From positions 62,001-126,000 of the forward strand of contig JAIVFI010000040.1 of the NCBI GenBank assembly GCA_025558095.1: a stretch of DNA of 64,000 nucleotides, written 5' to 3'. Source of the DNA: Hyaloraphidium curvatum SAG 235-1. Lineage: Eukaryota; Fungi; Monoblepharomycota. The number at the start of each line of letters is the position of its first letter. Within the stretch, counting starts at the first letter, position 1. Below the pieces are notes generated by a model. That model did no database searches and was not told the DNA's origin. It saw nothing but the letters and a program-made list of their open reading frames with translations. Positions 46,070 through 57,500 of the stretch are shown here, piece by piece. The position numbers and the translations under genes were made by a program.

Positions 46070-46970
46070 TCACAGCTCGTCCTTGACCCTCTCTTCCGCC
46101 TTCCCCCGCCCCGCCTCCCCTCCGTTCGCTGCCTCCTTCGCGATCAGCTCCCTCACCGCAACTACCGCCCTCTCCGCCGCCGCCCGCACCGTCCCCGCGT
46201 GCTCCGACACGTCCGGCGGCGGCCTGGGTTCGCCGAGGGGGCCGTGCGCGGCGACGAGGACGAACTCGAGGGCGTCGTCGCGCTCGGCGGCGGTGAGCAT
46301 CCGCAGGACGAGGATGTGACCGTGCTGTCCGTGCCGGTAAGCTTTAGCGGCAACATCGGGCAACCGGGAGAGGTCAACGTACCCCCACGGCCTCGCAACC
46401 CCGCTCCGGCTCCCCGTCCTCCGTCGGCACGTCCTCCTTCACCATCCCCAGGTTCCACTCGTCCTCGTTCCACCGCTTGCCCACATCCCATTTGCCCACC
46501 ACCCACGCCTTCTTCCCCAACCACACCCTCCCGCCCTCGACGAGGAACTCCCCCCCCTCGACGGTGTTTTCGTGCTTGTGGACTTCCGAGCGCGCGATGC
46601 TCCCCGGGCGGAGCTGCTCCATGAGCGTGCGCAGCTCCAGCTCCGACGGCGGCGGGAACTCGACCGCGTGCGGCTTCGGCGGGTGCGGGTGCCCGGGCGG
46701 TGCGGCGTGGTACGGGGGGTGGTACACCGGCGTCCTGGCATTGTGCTTGCTGGGCAGCAGCGCCGCCTGGACCGAGTCCAGCGGGGGGTAGGTCGGAGGC
46801 CGCCGCGGGGCGACGCGGGGGAGCACGAGGTGCGCGAGGTACATGCGGGTGATGAGGGCGTTGGAGGCGGGTGCGGCGTCGGCGATGGGTTGGAGCAGGG
46901 CGGGGTCGAGCGCGCGGCAGGGGGCGAGGAGGGCGAGGAGGAGGAGGAGGGAGGCCAGGAGAGCGCGCAT
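46070..46970 (-). CDS. ER-luminal protein of unknown function (signal peptide + KDEL), 2 exons
   Basis: MRALLASLLLLLALLAPCRA signal peptide. Predicted intron 46325-46382 joins GCEAVG to HGHILVLRML, ending RVKDEL*. Confidence 0.7.
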
Positions 46971-47114
46971 CGCGTTCTTCGCAGGTGCGATGCGGGGGAT
47001 TCGGGGCCGGATCGGTCGGAATGCCCACGCTGAGCGGCGGAATGCCCTCTGTTTGAGGTTGTTGATGATTCGCGTCTCAAAAGGCGGAGCAGCGCCAACC
47101 GTCGCGCGCACGCG

Positions 47115-48221
47115 ATGGCCCCGTCGTTCGCGCAGCGGGCCGTCGTCGCCTTTGCGCTCGTCGCCGCGCTGTTCATGCTACTCGGCGCGGGGCGGCCGGG
47201 CGGGGAGTCGGGCGCCCTCCGCGAGGGGGACGCGGTCCGCGCCGACCGGCACCCAGCATCCCGGACGGTGCCTCCGCCCCCTGCGCCGCCTCCCGCGCCG
47301 CCGCCCTCTCAGCAGGAGGCAGCCCCCTCGCAGCGCGGGCCGCCCCCGGCCAAGCGCACGTCGTTCCGCTACGTGCACGCGCCCAAGGTCGGCTCCTCCT
47401 TCGTCATCGTCCTGCGCAACTACCTCGACGCCTGCCCCGTCAAGCGCTTCTCGTGCCCCGGCGTCTTTGGCGGCGGCTTCTGGGCGCACGCGTCGCCCAC
47501 GGGCAAGGACCTGCCGTTCTCGTTTCCGGCGTCGGAGGAGGACATGCGGCGGACGGCCGACTGCGGGGGGAAGCTGCTGGCGTGCCAGGATCCCCCCCGG
47601 AACACGCTGCACAAGCCGTGGGGCTGGCGCGGAACGGAGGAAAAGGCCGACGTGGTGGCGATGCTCCGCGACCCGAAGGCGAGGCTGCTGTCGCACTGGG
47701 CGTGGGAGCACGCTTCCGAGGTGCCGGACAGGTCCACCACCGGAAGGGTCAAGGCGTTCGATGCGTTCGCGAGGGGTTGCCTGCGGGATAGGAGGAGCCA
47801 CCCGCGGTGCGGGCATTGGATGGACGAGGGCGGCTGGGCGGCGGCGACGACAAAGACGCTCGCCGGCTTCCGCTTCGACAGTGCGCACCCCCTGACCCCC
47901 GGCGAGTTTTCCCTCGCCAAGCGGCGGCTGTTCGGGGAGGCGGCCTTCTTTGGGATCACGGAGCGGTGGAACGAGACCGTGTGCACGTTCCACTGCGAGC
48001 TCGGCGGGGAGGCCGACCCGAGCGAGCTGGTCAACACGCGGGACAACGGGCGGTTCTCTCCCGCGGACGCGGCGGCGCTGTCGGAGGAGGTGAAGGAGCA
48101 TTTTGGGAGGGTATTGGCGCAGGAGGAGGAGCTGTATGCCGAGGCCGTGAGGAGGTTCGAGGAGAGGGCGAGGCGGTGCAGGTGCTGGACGGCCAGCGAT
48201 GGCGCGTCACACGGCGGTTGA
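47115..48221 (+). CDS. Golgi-type membrane sulfotransferase (Sulfotransfer_2-like), intronless
   Basis: N-terminal TM and Pro-rich stem, 5'-PSB YVHAPKVGSSF, 3'-PB MLRDPKARLLSHW, FFGITERWNET. Confidence 0.82.
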   Translation: MAPSFAQRAVVAFALVAALFMLLGAGRPGGESGALREGDAVRADRHPASRTVPPPPAPPPAPPPSQQEAAPSQRGPPPAKRTSFRYVHAPKVGSSFVIVLRNYLDACPVKRFSCPGVFGGGFWAHASPTGKDLPFSFPASEEDMRRTADCGGKLLACQDPPRNTLHKPWGWRGTEEKADVVAMLRDPKARLLSHWAWEHASEVPDRSTTGRVKAFDAFARGCLRDRRSHPRCGHWMDEGGWAAATTKTLAGFRFDSAHPLTPGEFSLAKRRLFGEAAFFGITERWNETVCTFHCELGGEADPSELVNTRDNGRFSPADAAALSEEVKEHFGRVLAQEEELYAEAVRRFEERARRCRCWTASDGASHGG

Positions 48222-48339
48222 CTGAATCAGACGTGGCTTCGATTCATCGGCTTGATTGCTCTGCACCATCGGGAATCTCGTTGGAATTGGGCACCGGGCG
48301 TCGCGCGGGAAGATGGGGCTGTGTGAGGCTTCTCCTGCA

Positions 48340-48910
48340 CGCACCGTCAGCGGCGACCGGACCGCACACTTCTTTCCTGACCGTATCGCCGCGAAGGCTC
48401 GACCGGGGGAAGGATGGCAGAGATCGCGGACGCGTACGTGCGGAGCGCGGCAGGGTGGCCCGACGGGGTCGGTGCGGTGCTGCAGGGGTTCCCGGGGGAT
48501 GAAGCTGGACGCGAACACTACTACGGACCGGCGTGCGAGTTCCCCGTCGGCGTGATCGAGCGCGATCTCTCCGCGGGCGGGCTGTCCCCGCCGCGCCGCG
48601 AGGTTCTAGGAAAAGTACGGCCTAGTGCGGCTGCTCAATCCGGTCGAGGACGGTCTTTCGTACTATCTGGACCGCGAGGAGCTCGAGAAGTCTCGGGCTG
48701 GGGGACGTGGACCTTAAAAACCGAGAGCTGCTTCGTCTCTCCCGCGACCTTCGGCCCCGGCCCGGACGCCTCACTTGCCCTCGTTTCGGGCATCCTGGAC
48801 TGCCCTTCGGACCTCCGCGCTGCCGAGGCTGAGGGAGGTGAAGGCGCGGTACGAGCCGGCGGACGTGTTCGGGTTCGAGATGGGGATCAGGCCTGCAGGT
48901 GCGGATAGCC
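48340..48910 (+). pseudogene. Relic C-terminus of an FAD-linked oxidase (berberine bridge enzyme-like)
   Basis: GLSYYLDREEL and LPRLREVKARYEPADVFGFEMGIRP (BBE tail L..vK..yDP..vF) lie in broken frames; no FAD-binding N-terminus is present. Confidence 0.55.
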
Positions 48911-49535
48911 CATCTTTTCCGCGGGCACGGGCGGGAGTTTCGGGTACGCGTGCGGGAAAGGGGAGGCGGGAGCGCCTTCTGAGGCGGATCCGCCGACGTA
49001 GTCCAGCATGCTGAAAGGCAATCAAGTTCGGTATGAGACGTCCTTTTTGATTCTCGGTCCGACGCGTCGCGGGCAGCCGAGCGTTGCGGCGAGGAAACGC
49101 GCGTCACCCGCGGCTCCATCGAGCCGCCCGTTCGCGGAGCCCGCAACCGAACCACGGATCCACGCGCCGATTCAGAGAGCTCGCAGAAATAGACATCGTA
49201 GTCCCCACCGCATGCACAGCCAGCTTCGCAGCGCCCCGGCAGAGAGTCGAGGGACCCGACAATCGGTGAGCCACCCAGTTCGAGGCGAAACCCCCAGTCC
49301 CCGCCACAGGCACATCAAGGAACCAGCGAGCGCAATCATTTTCCTGTCTGATAGGTTCCGTGATGGGCCTACTTGTAAGGTATTGTGCAAGATTCGAAGG
49401 TAGTGGTGGGTGACTGCGACTGGGGCTTTTTCGGCGCCGCGACGGCCACGCACACAGGCCGGAGCGAAGTGGCCCTGCGGCCTACCGGAGCGCCATCGGC
49501 CTTCATCGCGGCTTTCGTGGTCACCGCCACGCGCC

Positions 49536-50871
49536 ATGGCGTCCAGCGGCAAGCTCAAGGCGCGCGGACGGGTGCCCGCGCCGCCCGAGCCCGAGTCGGA
49601 CGGCGAGGAGGAGCGCGTCGCCCGGCTCGAGGAAGAGCGCCGGCCCAAGCCTCCGGCGAAGCGCTTGTGGTGCTCGGACTCGGAAGACGGCGGCTACTCC
49701 ACCGACGCATGCTCCGTCGGCTCCGACGTCAAAGTGAAGACCCGCAACTGCCGCCGTCTCGACCGCGCGGCAAAGCGGAGGCGCTGCCGGGACGAAGCGC
49801 AGGCTGCCGGCACGAAGCTCAAGATCCTCTCGCTCAATGCCATGTGCTCGACCGAGGACATTGCCCAACCCGAAGCCGCAGTCCGATCCTGGGACAAGAC
49901 GCGGCTGCACGATCCGCAGAGCTGGTCCTACCGCTTTTGCCTCTTTGTCGAAGCCATCAAAGGCGCCGAGGCCGACATCCTCTGCTTCCAGGAACTTTTC
50001 CCTGCACAACTGAGGGCATTGATGGCCGTTCTGCCCCGCCGCTACTTCATCATTGGCTCCGACGAGGTCAGCAGGCATAACTGCCTGCCCATCATCTTCG
50101 ACGACGAGAAGTTTGCGATGATTGCGTGTGACTACGTCGAGGGAAGTTGGGTCACCTGCGAAACCGGCTTCTTGTGGGCGATCTTCGAGGATCGCCCGAC
50201 CCAATGCCGCTTCGAGATCATCAACTGGCAGAACGAGTACGCTTGGGCTCCCCCACCGAACGCTGATGCCAAAACGATGGCCGAGCTGACGCGCATGGAC
50301 CCCGAGAGGCCCGGAATGGTGCTGAACGGTCCGATCGCCCGGAAGCGGTCCCTGCAGAAGCTCGTGGCGATGATCGCGGAGCACGAGAGCTCGCTCTGGA
50401 AGTTCGACGGGAGCACCGAGCTGTCGCGACTGCAGGTCACGGCGCGGACGCCTCCGATCCTGATCGCGTGCGACACCGACGCTTATAGCCGCCCGGAGCA
50501 CGCGGAGGTGTTCAGAGAGCTTCGCAAGTTCGGTTTCTACGATCTCCACGAGAACGAGCCGCTAAACATCAAGTCGTTCCACAACTTCGGAGGCATGAAA
50601 AGGGTCGTCCGGCCGCACTATATTGGTCGCTACGACTACATCCTTGCTTCGCCGGCCATCAAGCGGCTGTCTTCGCGCACAATCCGGGAAAGAGTCGGCT
50701 TGCAGTGCTCCGCTTTAACGAGCTCAACTGACTCAGCCCCACCCCCAGGTCCGGGTGCAGAGCAAAGGAGGCCCGCCGGAGCTGCGGGATTACGTCCGGG
50801 AGGGCTACCCGAGCGATCACTGGCCCCTCATTGCGGAGGTCGAGATCGGGGGGCGTCTCGCCAAGATGTAA
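49536..50871 (+). CDS. Endonuclease/exonuclease/phosphatase (EEP) family protein, 2 exons
   Basis: LKILSLN, ADILCFQE, ILIACDTD, RYDYILAS, and spliced YPSDHWPLIAEVEI..RLAKM*. Confidence 0.82.
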
Positions 50872-51213
50872 CGTCTTGTTGTCTTTCCTTCGGGAGTCTC
50901 GAACTGAAGAAGTACAGTGTGCTCGACGTGGCGTCTTGGAACCCGCCCACCGGCGTACAGGCGTTGGCCTCTGCTGGTTGTCAGGGCCCTCGATCAAGGG
51001 ATGGTCAGTGCAGGGGTCCATCGTGGGGCCAAACTCCGCGCTCCGCATCGCCCCCAGAAGCGCTCATTAGCCGTGTCCGAGGCCGTCATCGTCGTGCATT
51101 TGGTCATTTGACGGTGCTCAGGCCGGTTCTGGTCGAGCACATCGCCCGCGGCGCGTCGACTGCCGCGGTTTCTTCCGGTCTCCAACTTCCAGCGCGTAGC
51201 GCATCGAAGCACG

Positions 51214-52688
51214 ATGGCAGCTGCTGCGACGCCAGCTGTTGCTGCGGCCGACACGAACAAGGACGGCCTCATCACGGAGGAGGAAGCCGCGGCCTTCCTC
51301 AAGGAGCTGAAGGGTCCGTTCCCCCGGGTCCTCTCGACAACTCGCGCTCACCTGCCCATCGAGACAGAAAAGAACCCTTCTGCCTACCAGGAGCTCGAGG
51401 AGCTCAACAAGAAGAACGCCCCGGCGAGCGGCGAAGTCTCCGCCCGCTCCGTTGGCGGCGGGGGAGGATCCTCGAACTCGGCGCTGGGCATGCTGGGTCC
51501 CCTGCTGCAGATGTTCGGGCAGGGCGGCGGGAACCAGATGGGAGGCGCTCCCAGCTTCGGCAGCAACGTCTTCAACCCCATGAGCAGTCAGACTGGGCCG
51601 CAGATGAGCTCGACGGGCGGCTTCGGCCAGCAGCCCATGAACACGGGGAACTGGAACTCGAACGCGCAGTGCCCCCGCAACAACTTCCACGTGATGGTGG
51701 TCAAAAGCGTGAACGTGGCGTATCGCTGTGACCAGTGCGGGAGTACGAGGATGGCCGGCGAGCCTCACTGTGAGTTCGGCGGACCTGTGCTCCCATGTGC
51801 CCGTTCCAACCCGTCGGCGGACCGCAGACCGGTGCGACGCCGACGATCTCGACCTTTGTCCCAACTGCCGCTTCACTGGACAAGGTCCTTCGTTCCCCGG
51901 CGGCCAGCCCGGCATGAATCAGCAGGCTTTCGACCCGCGTGGCCACCAAATGACGTTCAAGAGCATCAACACGGTCTACAACTGCGATCGCTGCCGCCAG
52001 CAGCGCATGCCGAACGAGATCCACGCTCGCTGCGACATCTGCAACTACGACGTGTGCGTCAATTGCCAACCGGTTCCTGGTGGGATGGGTGGCGGGTTCC
52101 AGCCCGGCTTCCCCGGCGGTCAGTTCCCCGGAGGGCAGATCCCCGGCGGCCAGTACCCCAACCAGCCTGGCGTGCACCCGAACCCCAACCCGCCGCCCGG
52201 GTTCCCCGGCGGCCAGTTTCCGGGCGGCCAAGGCCAGTTCCCCGGCGGCGGCTTCACGGATCCCCGCGGGCACGCGATGCAGATGATGGCTATACCGACG
52301 ATTTACAACTGTGATCGGTGCGGATCCCAGCGGCCTCCAAACGAATCGCACATGCGGTGCAATATGTGGTGAGCTGCCATCTGCACCCCCTGCTTCGATT
52401 CCGTTGACCCGTTTACCCAGCAATATCGACTACTGTAACTCCTGCACCGGACAAGGCTACAACCAGGGCGGCGGGTGGAACCAGGGCGGCGGCGGATGGA
52501 ACCAGAACCAGGGCGGATGGAACCAGAACCAGGGCGGGTGGAACCAAGGCGGCTACCCGAACCAGGGCGGCTACCCGGGCGGAGGCAGCTCCGGCGGTGG
52601 CCTCGGTGGCCTGCTCGGCTCGCTGCTCGGCGGCGGCTCGCTTGGGTCCCTCCTCGGCGGCGGCAGCAGCTCGGGGCGTTACCCGTGA
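51214..52688 (+). CDS. EF-hand-like protein with three Cys/His-rich (ZZ/C1-like) repeats and a Gly/Gln/Asn-rich tail, multi-exon
   Basis: DTNKDGLITEEE; 3x H.M..Y.CD.C....H.RC..C..D.C..C; PGGQFPGG linkers; GGWNQ repeats. Confidence 0.75.
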
Positions 52689-52881
52689 TCGGAAGGGAGG
52701 GCGGCAAACGGGGCTGTAACCGATGATCTCGCTCGGGAGTATGATTTCTTATATCATTTAGGTCTGAATAGCGAGATCTTTGTGCTTGAAGCGGGAACGG
52801 GGTTTCGGGGCGGCGTAGCGGGTGCTTGCCTTGAGCCGTCCCCCTCCTCTACCCCGCTTGCGTGGCGACGACAGCGCGACG

Positions 52882-54342
52882 ATGTCGGTACTTGGGTTTC
52901 CCCGGCTGCTGGCCAGACCACTCCTGCCGCTCGGGGCGCGACCGGCGGCCGCGATTCTGCGCGGCGCCGCGGGCACGGTGTCTCCGTGCGTGCGCGCCCG
53001 CGGCATCGCCCTCGGCGCGCGGCCGCGCCCGGCGCCGCCCATTCCCGGACTTCTGCAGCAATCGCGACCGCAGGTCGCCGTCCGCGTGCGGCCGCGCGGC
53101 AGCCGGCGCTCCGAATATGAGCGGTGGGACGACCAGGGACCGCCCGGCGTGGGCCCCGACCCCGGGCGGGGCGGCGGCTTCGGCTCGCGCTGGAACCGCA
53201 TGGGCTGGGGAAAGTGGCTCGTCGTCGCCTGGGCCGGCGGCACGACCGTGTACTACTTCACGCACCAGGACCGCGTGCCGATCTCGGGGCGCAAGCGCTT
53301 CCTCTCCGTCACCCCCGAGGAGGAGATCTTCATGGCCCGCGTCTCGCTGCAGCAGGTGCTGCAGGAGTACGGTTCCAAGATCGTGCCGCCGAATCACCCG
53401 ATCCACCAGTTTGTGGCGGGCGTGGTGAAGCGCTTGCTTCCCGTGACCGGCCTGACGGACCTGGAGTGGGAGATACGGGTGATCGCAGACCCGCAGCAGG
53501 TGCTTGCAGGCTATTGCGCGCGTTTCTGTGACCTCGTCTGACCGGAGCCGTCCCAGAACGCGTTTGTGCTCCCGGGGGGCAAGATCTTCGTCTTCACGGG
53601 GATCCTGGACGTCTGCCCGGACGCAGACTCTCTGGCTACGGTTCTCGGCCACGAAATGGCCCACACGATCGCCCGGCATTCGGCGGAAAAGCTGTCGTAC
53701 GCGCAGCTCTTCACGTGGACGCTCGTCGCCGCCCACTGGATCCTCGGGATCGATCTGACGTGGGTACAGGGGCTCATTTACAACTTTGCGGTGAACTTGC
53801 CGAGGAGCCGGATGGTGGAGAGCGAGGCGGACTACATCGGGTGGGCCGGATTCGCTTGGCCAAGAACGTCGGCGAGTGCTCATCGGGCTCCCTGCTCAGG
53901 CTCCAACTTATGGCTCAGGCGTGCTTTGATCCGTCGAAGGCAGTCGGCGTTTGGCAGCGATTCATCCTCGTGAGCTCTATCGCCCCAACTCCAGGCACCA
54001 GGCGCCTGATCCCCTTCCCGCCTGCAGCTCGGCCAGAAGCAGCCCCCTGAGTTCCTTTCGGACCATCCCTCCCACGAATCCCGCATCGTCACCCTCCAGA
54101 AATGGCTCCCCGAGGCGCAGATGCGCTCCGAGCAGTCCGACTGCCACCGGACGCTGGACTTCCTGGGGGCCTTTGGCGGCGCGTGGGGCTACGAGCCGCG
54201 GAGGGGCTCGCACGCGCCCCAGAAGATCATCGGGTTCGAGGACCAGGTGCTGGATCCCAGCCATCTCGTGAGGACGGACGAGGCGGTGCGGGAGGCGTAC
54301 GATTCCTTCTCGAATGGGGAAGGCGAGGGCCGGCGGAGGTGA
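52882..54342 (+). CDS. OMA1: Mitochondrial metalloendopeptidase OMA1 (peptidase M48), multi-exon
   Basis: Presequence, VPISGRKRF, NAFVLPGGKIFVFTGIL, HEMAH, ESEADYIG, PEFLSDHP. Confidence 0.9.
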
Positions 54343-54561
54343 TCGGGGAGGCGAAGATGATCGGGGAGGCGGGGTGACCGGGAGTTCGGGAACGTTTGCC
54401 GAGACTAGCTTATGAGAGCTCTGTCGTTGCGTTCGCGACATGTGTTTGTGCGCCTGAATGATTCGGGAACCGTCTTTTGCCGCGGTGGCTGTGCCGGCGG
54501 CCCGCCGCCCGATCACAGCGGTCACATTTTTGGGACAGAAATCTCTGCCCTGCCGGACAAC

Positions 54562-57500
54562 ATGGAGCCTTCCGAAGGCCCCAAAACCGGCACCGGAACA
54601 GAGCCAGAGATGGCGCAGGTGGAATTGGCGACCTTCGGAAGCGCCGGCGCGGACGCAGTACCGGCAGCGGCCCCCGACGTTGCTACCGCGCTGCCGGCGG
54701 CCGTCGATGCGAAGGATTCGAACGCTGCACTGGCGCTGGTGGACGATGATCCCGCCGACCGGGTGCTGGAGAGGACTGCGCCCGTTGTCGAGGAGTCGGA
54801 CGATGCGAAGGCCAAGGGCAAGAAGAAGAAGGGCGGCAAGCCGGAGAAGAGCATCGGCCTGTTAGCCATGATCGCGAGGTTCGCGACGCCCACGGACCGG
54901 CTCCTCATGCTCCTGGGCCTCGTCTGCGCCGTGGCCGCCGGCTGCGCCCAGCCGATCCAGACCATCTTCCTCGGCGACATCCTGCAGTCGTTGATCCAGT
55001 ATAATCCGGCCTGCGACGCTATTCCTCCGCCTCCGTTCCCGTATCCCTGCAACTCCGCGTACCTACGGAGCTCGGTGCAGACCGCCGTGATTGCCTACCT
55101 GATCATTGCTGGGGTCGTCTTCGTGCTGAACTACGTGGCCATCTTGACGTGGTCTGTTGCCGGCGAGCGATCCAGCAAGCGCATGAGAGAAGAGTACCTG
55201 GCGGCCCTTTTGAGGCAGGACGTGGGCTGGCACGATGGTCAGGCAACTGGGGATCTGATAAACAGGATCGGGTCGGACGTGAACCTTGTCCGCGACGGCA
55301 TCTCGGAGCGCATAGCCAACATCACCATCTTCGTATCGACCTTCCTCTGCGGTTTCGTGCTCGCCTTCGTGCGTGGCTGGGAATTAGCTATAGTCGTGAG
55401 CGCCATTCTTCCCATACTAGGGGGAGCTGGCGTCTTCATTGCCAAGGCCGTTCAGTTCAAGGCTCGCGGTTCCCAGGACGAGTACGGCGAAGCCGGTGGC
55501 ATCGCTCAGGCAGCTCTCTCGAGCATCCGCACAGTCGTGTCGTTCGGCCTGGAGGAGACGATGATCCAGAAGTACGAGGCAGTGCTGCAGAAGGCGCTGA
55601 AGAGCGGCGTCCAGCAGAGCCTGGTCTCGGGTGTCGGCCTCGGTTTTTTCGGATTCTGTATATTCGGAGCATTTGCATTGGCTTTCTTTTGGGGTTCCTA
55701 TCTCGTGGAGTGGGGCAAGTACGACGGCGGACGAGTTATCAACGTGGGTCTCGTTTGCCTCATGAAGGCGCAGCAATCCGACCATACCTGTTTGCCAGGT
55801 TTTCTTTTCCATTCTCATCGGAGCATTCTCACTTTCCGGAATGAGCCCGCTCGTGACAGCTGTGTTCCAGGTAAGGTCGCCGAGTTGCCCGTCGATTTGT
55901 CATGGCAGCTCTGATCACGCGCCATCAGGCTCAAGGTGCCGCCTACAGCATCTTCACGACCATCGACCGCAAGTCCCCGATCAACTACGAAGACCCTGGC
56001 GGAAAGCAGCTCACCACCGTGGAGGGCAACATCGAGTTCCGCAACGTCGACTTCGAGTACCCGACTCGTAACGAGGTCAAGGTCCTGCAGAACTTCTCGC
56101 TGATGATCTCCAAAGGGTAAGAGGGGGATTGTGCTCCCTGAGTGCAACTCGCTTCCTTACCGTTCTGCCATGCCGTCGACAGGAAGACCACCGCTCTCGT
56201 CGGTGCCTCCGGCAGCGGCAAAAGCACGATAGTGAAGCTCGTGGAGCGCTTTTATGATCCTTCGGCCGGCGAAGTGCTTCTGGACGGCGTCTCCCTCAAG
56301 GACCTGAATGTGCGCTGGCTGCGTCAGCAGATGGCGATCGTGGGCCAGGAACCGGTGAGGCATGAGCCGGTATGTGAGCCTGTCTTGCTCTGATCCACGC
56401 CCAACAGGTATTGTTCGACCTGTCAATCAAGGAAAACATCTTGTTCGGGTTGGATCGGCCGCGCGAGCGCTACACTCCGGAGCAGCTCGATGCGATGGTC
56501 GTTGCTGCGGCCAAGGCAGCAAACGCATACGACTTTATCATGCGCTTCGAGAAGAACTTTGACGAAGTCATCGGAGAGAAGGGTGAGTCGAGCCTCGGGC
56601 GCCAGGTCGCTGCATGAAGCTCACCTCGTGCGGCTTCGCAGGTGGAATGGTCAGCGGGGGGCAGAAGCAGCGCATCGCCATCGCAAGAGCTATCATCAGC
56701 GATCCCAAGATCTTGCTCCTTGGTGAGATTCAAGCCAGTTCGATGTCTCGGTCGCGCTGATATGGTGGATCAGATGAATCGACGTCTGCGCTTGACACCG
56801 CGAGTGAGCGCATCGTTCAAGCCGCCTTGGATTCCGTCTCCGTCGGAAGGACTACGATCGTCGTAGCGTGGGTTCGAGCTTGCGTCTGACGGGTCATCCA
56901 TGCTCACGTCGTGCAAACAGCCATCGACTTTCGACAATCAAAAACGCGGACAACATCGTCGTCATGACCAACGGAACTATCATCGAGCAGGTGATATGTT
57001 TGCCCTTCGCCGATCGACCCCCTGCTGAAGCCGGACCCCTTTAGGGCACGCATGACGAACTGCTGGCGCGCAATGGTGCTTACGCAGAGCTCGTCAAGGC
57101 TCAGGAGCTCAAGCAGCTCAAGAAGGAGGAACGCCGCATCCGCCGCAAGAGCACTGCCGACATCTCCAAAGCCCACGCCTCGCATGCTGAAACTGACTCC
57201 ACGGGTGCATTTGGTACGCCGGCGATACCTGCACTGGGCCTTGCCGCACCGATGCTGGCGGAAGCACGGTTCATGAGTGCGATCCAAGGCGCGCAGGCAC
57301 CCACCCTGGGCTCCGAGTCACTCGACGACGACGAGAGCGACTCGGATTCCGAATCCAACTTAGAGGACAGCAGCGGGTCCCTGTCGACAGCTGCAGAGGG
57401 TGGTGCGCTCACGACCAAAGTCGGACCGGACGCTCTCAGTGTCCAGATTGCTCCGGAGGCTGTGCCGAAGTCGAAGGCTGCGACGACCGACGAGCGGAAG

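Noticed and set aside
49410-51731. 773-aa ORF as an EEP fusion protein
   Set aside because: It reads through an intron. The SDH motif is in another frame after splicing, and the rest overlaps the next gene out of frame.
52455-52580. Short GGWNQ nucleotide repeats as a CRISPR or satellite array
   Set aside because: They are in-frame coding repeats without unique spacers, in a eukaryotic context.
56640-56680. VSGGQ instead of LSGGQ in ABCB1 NBD1 as a degenerate site
   Set aside because: Conservative change; Walker A, Walker B Glu and the H-loop are intact.
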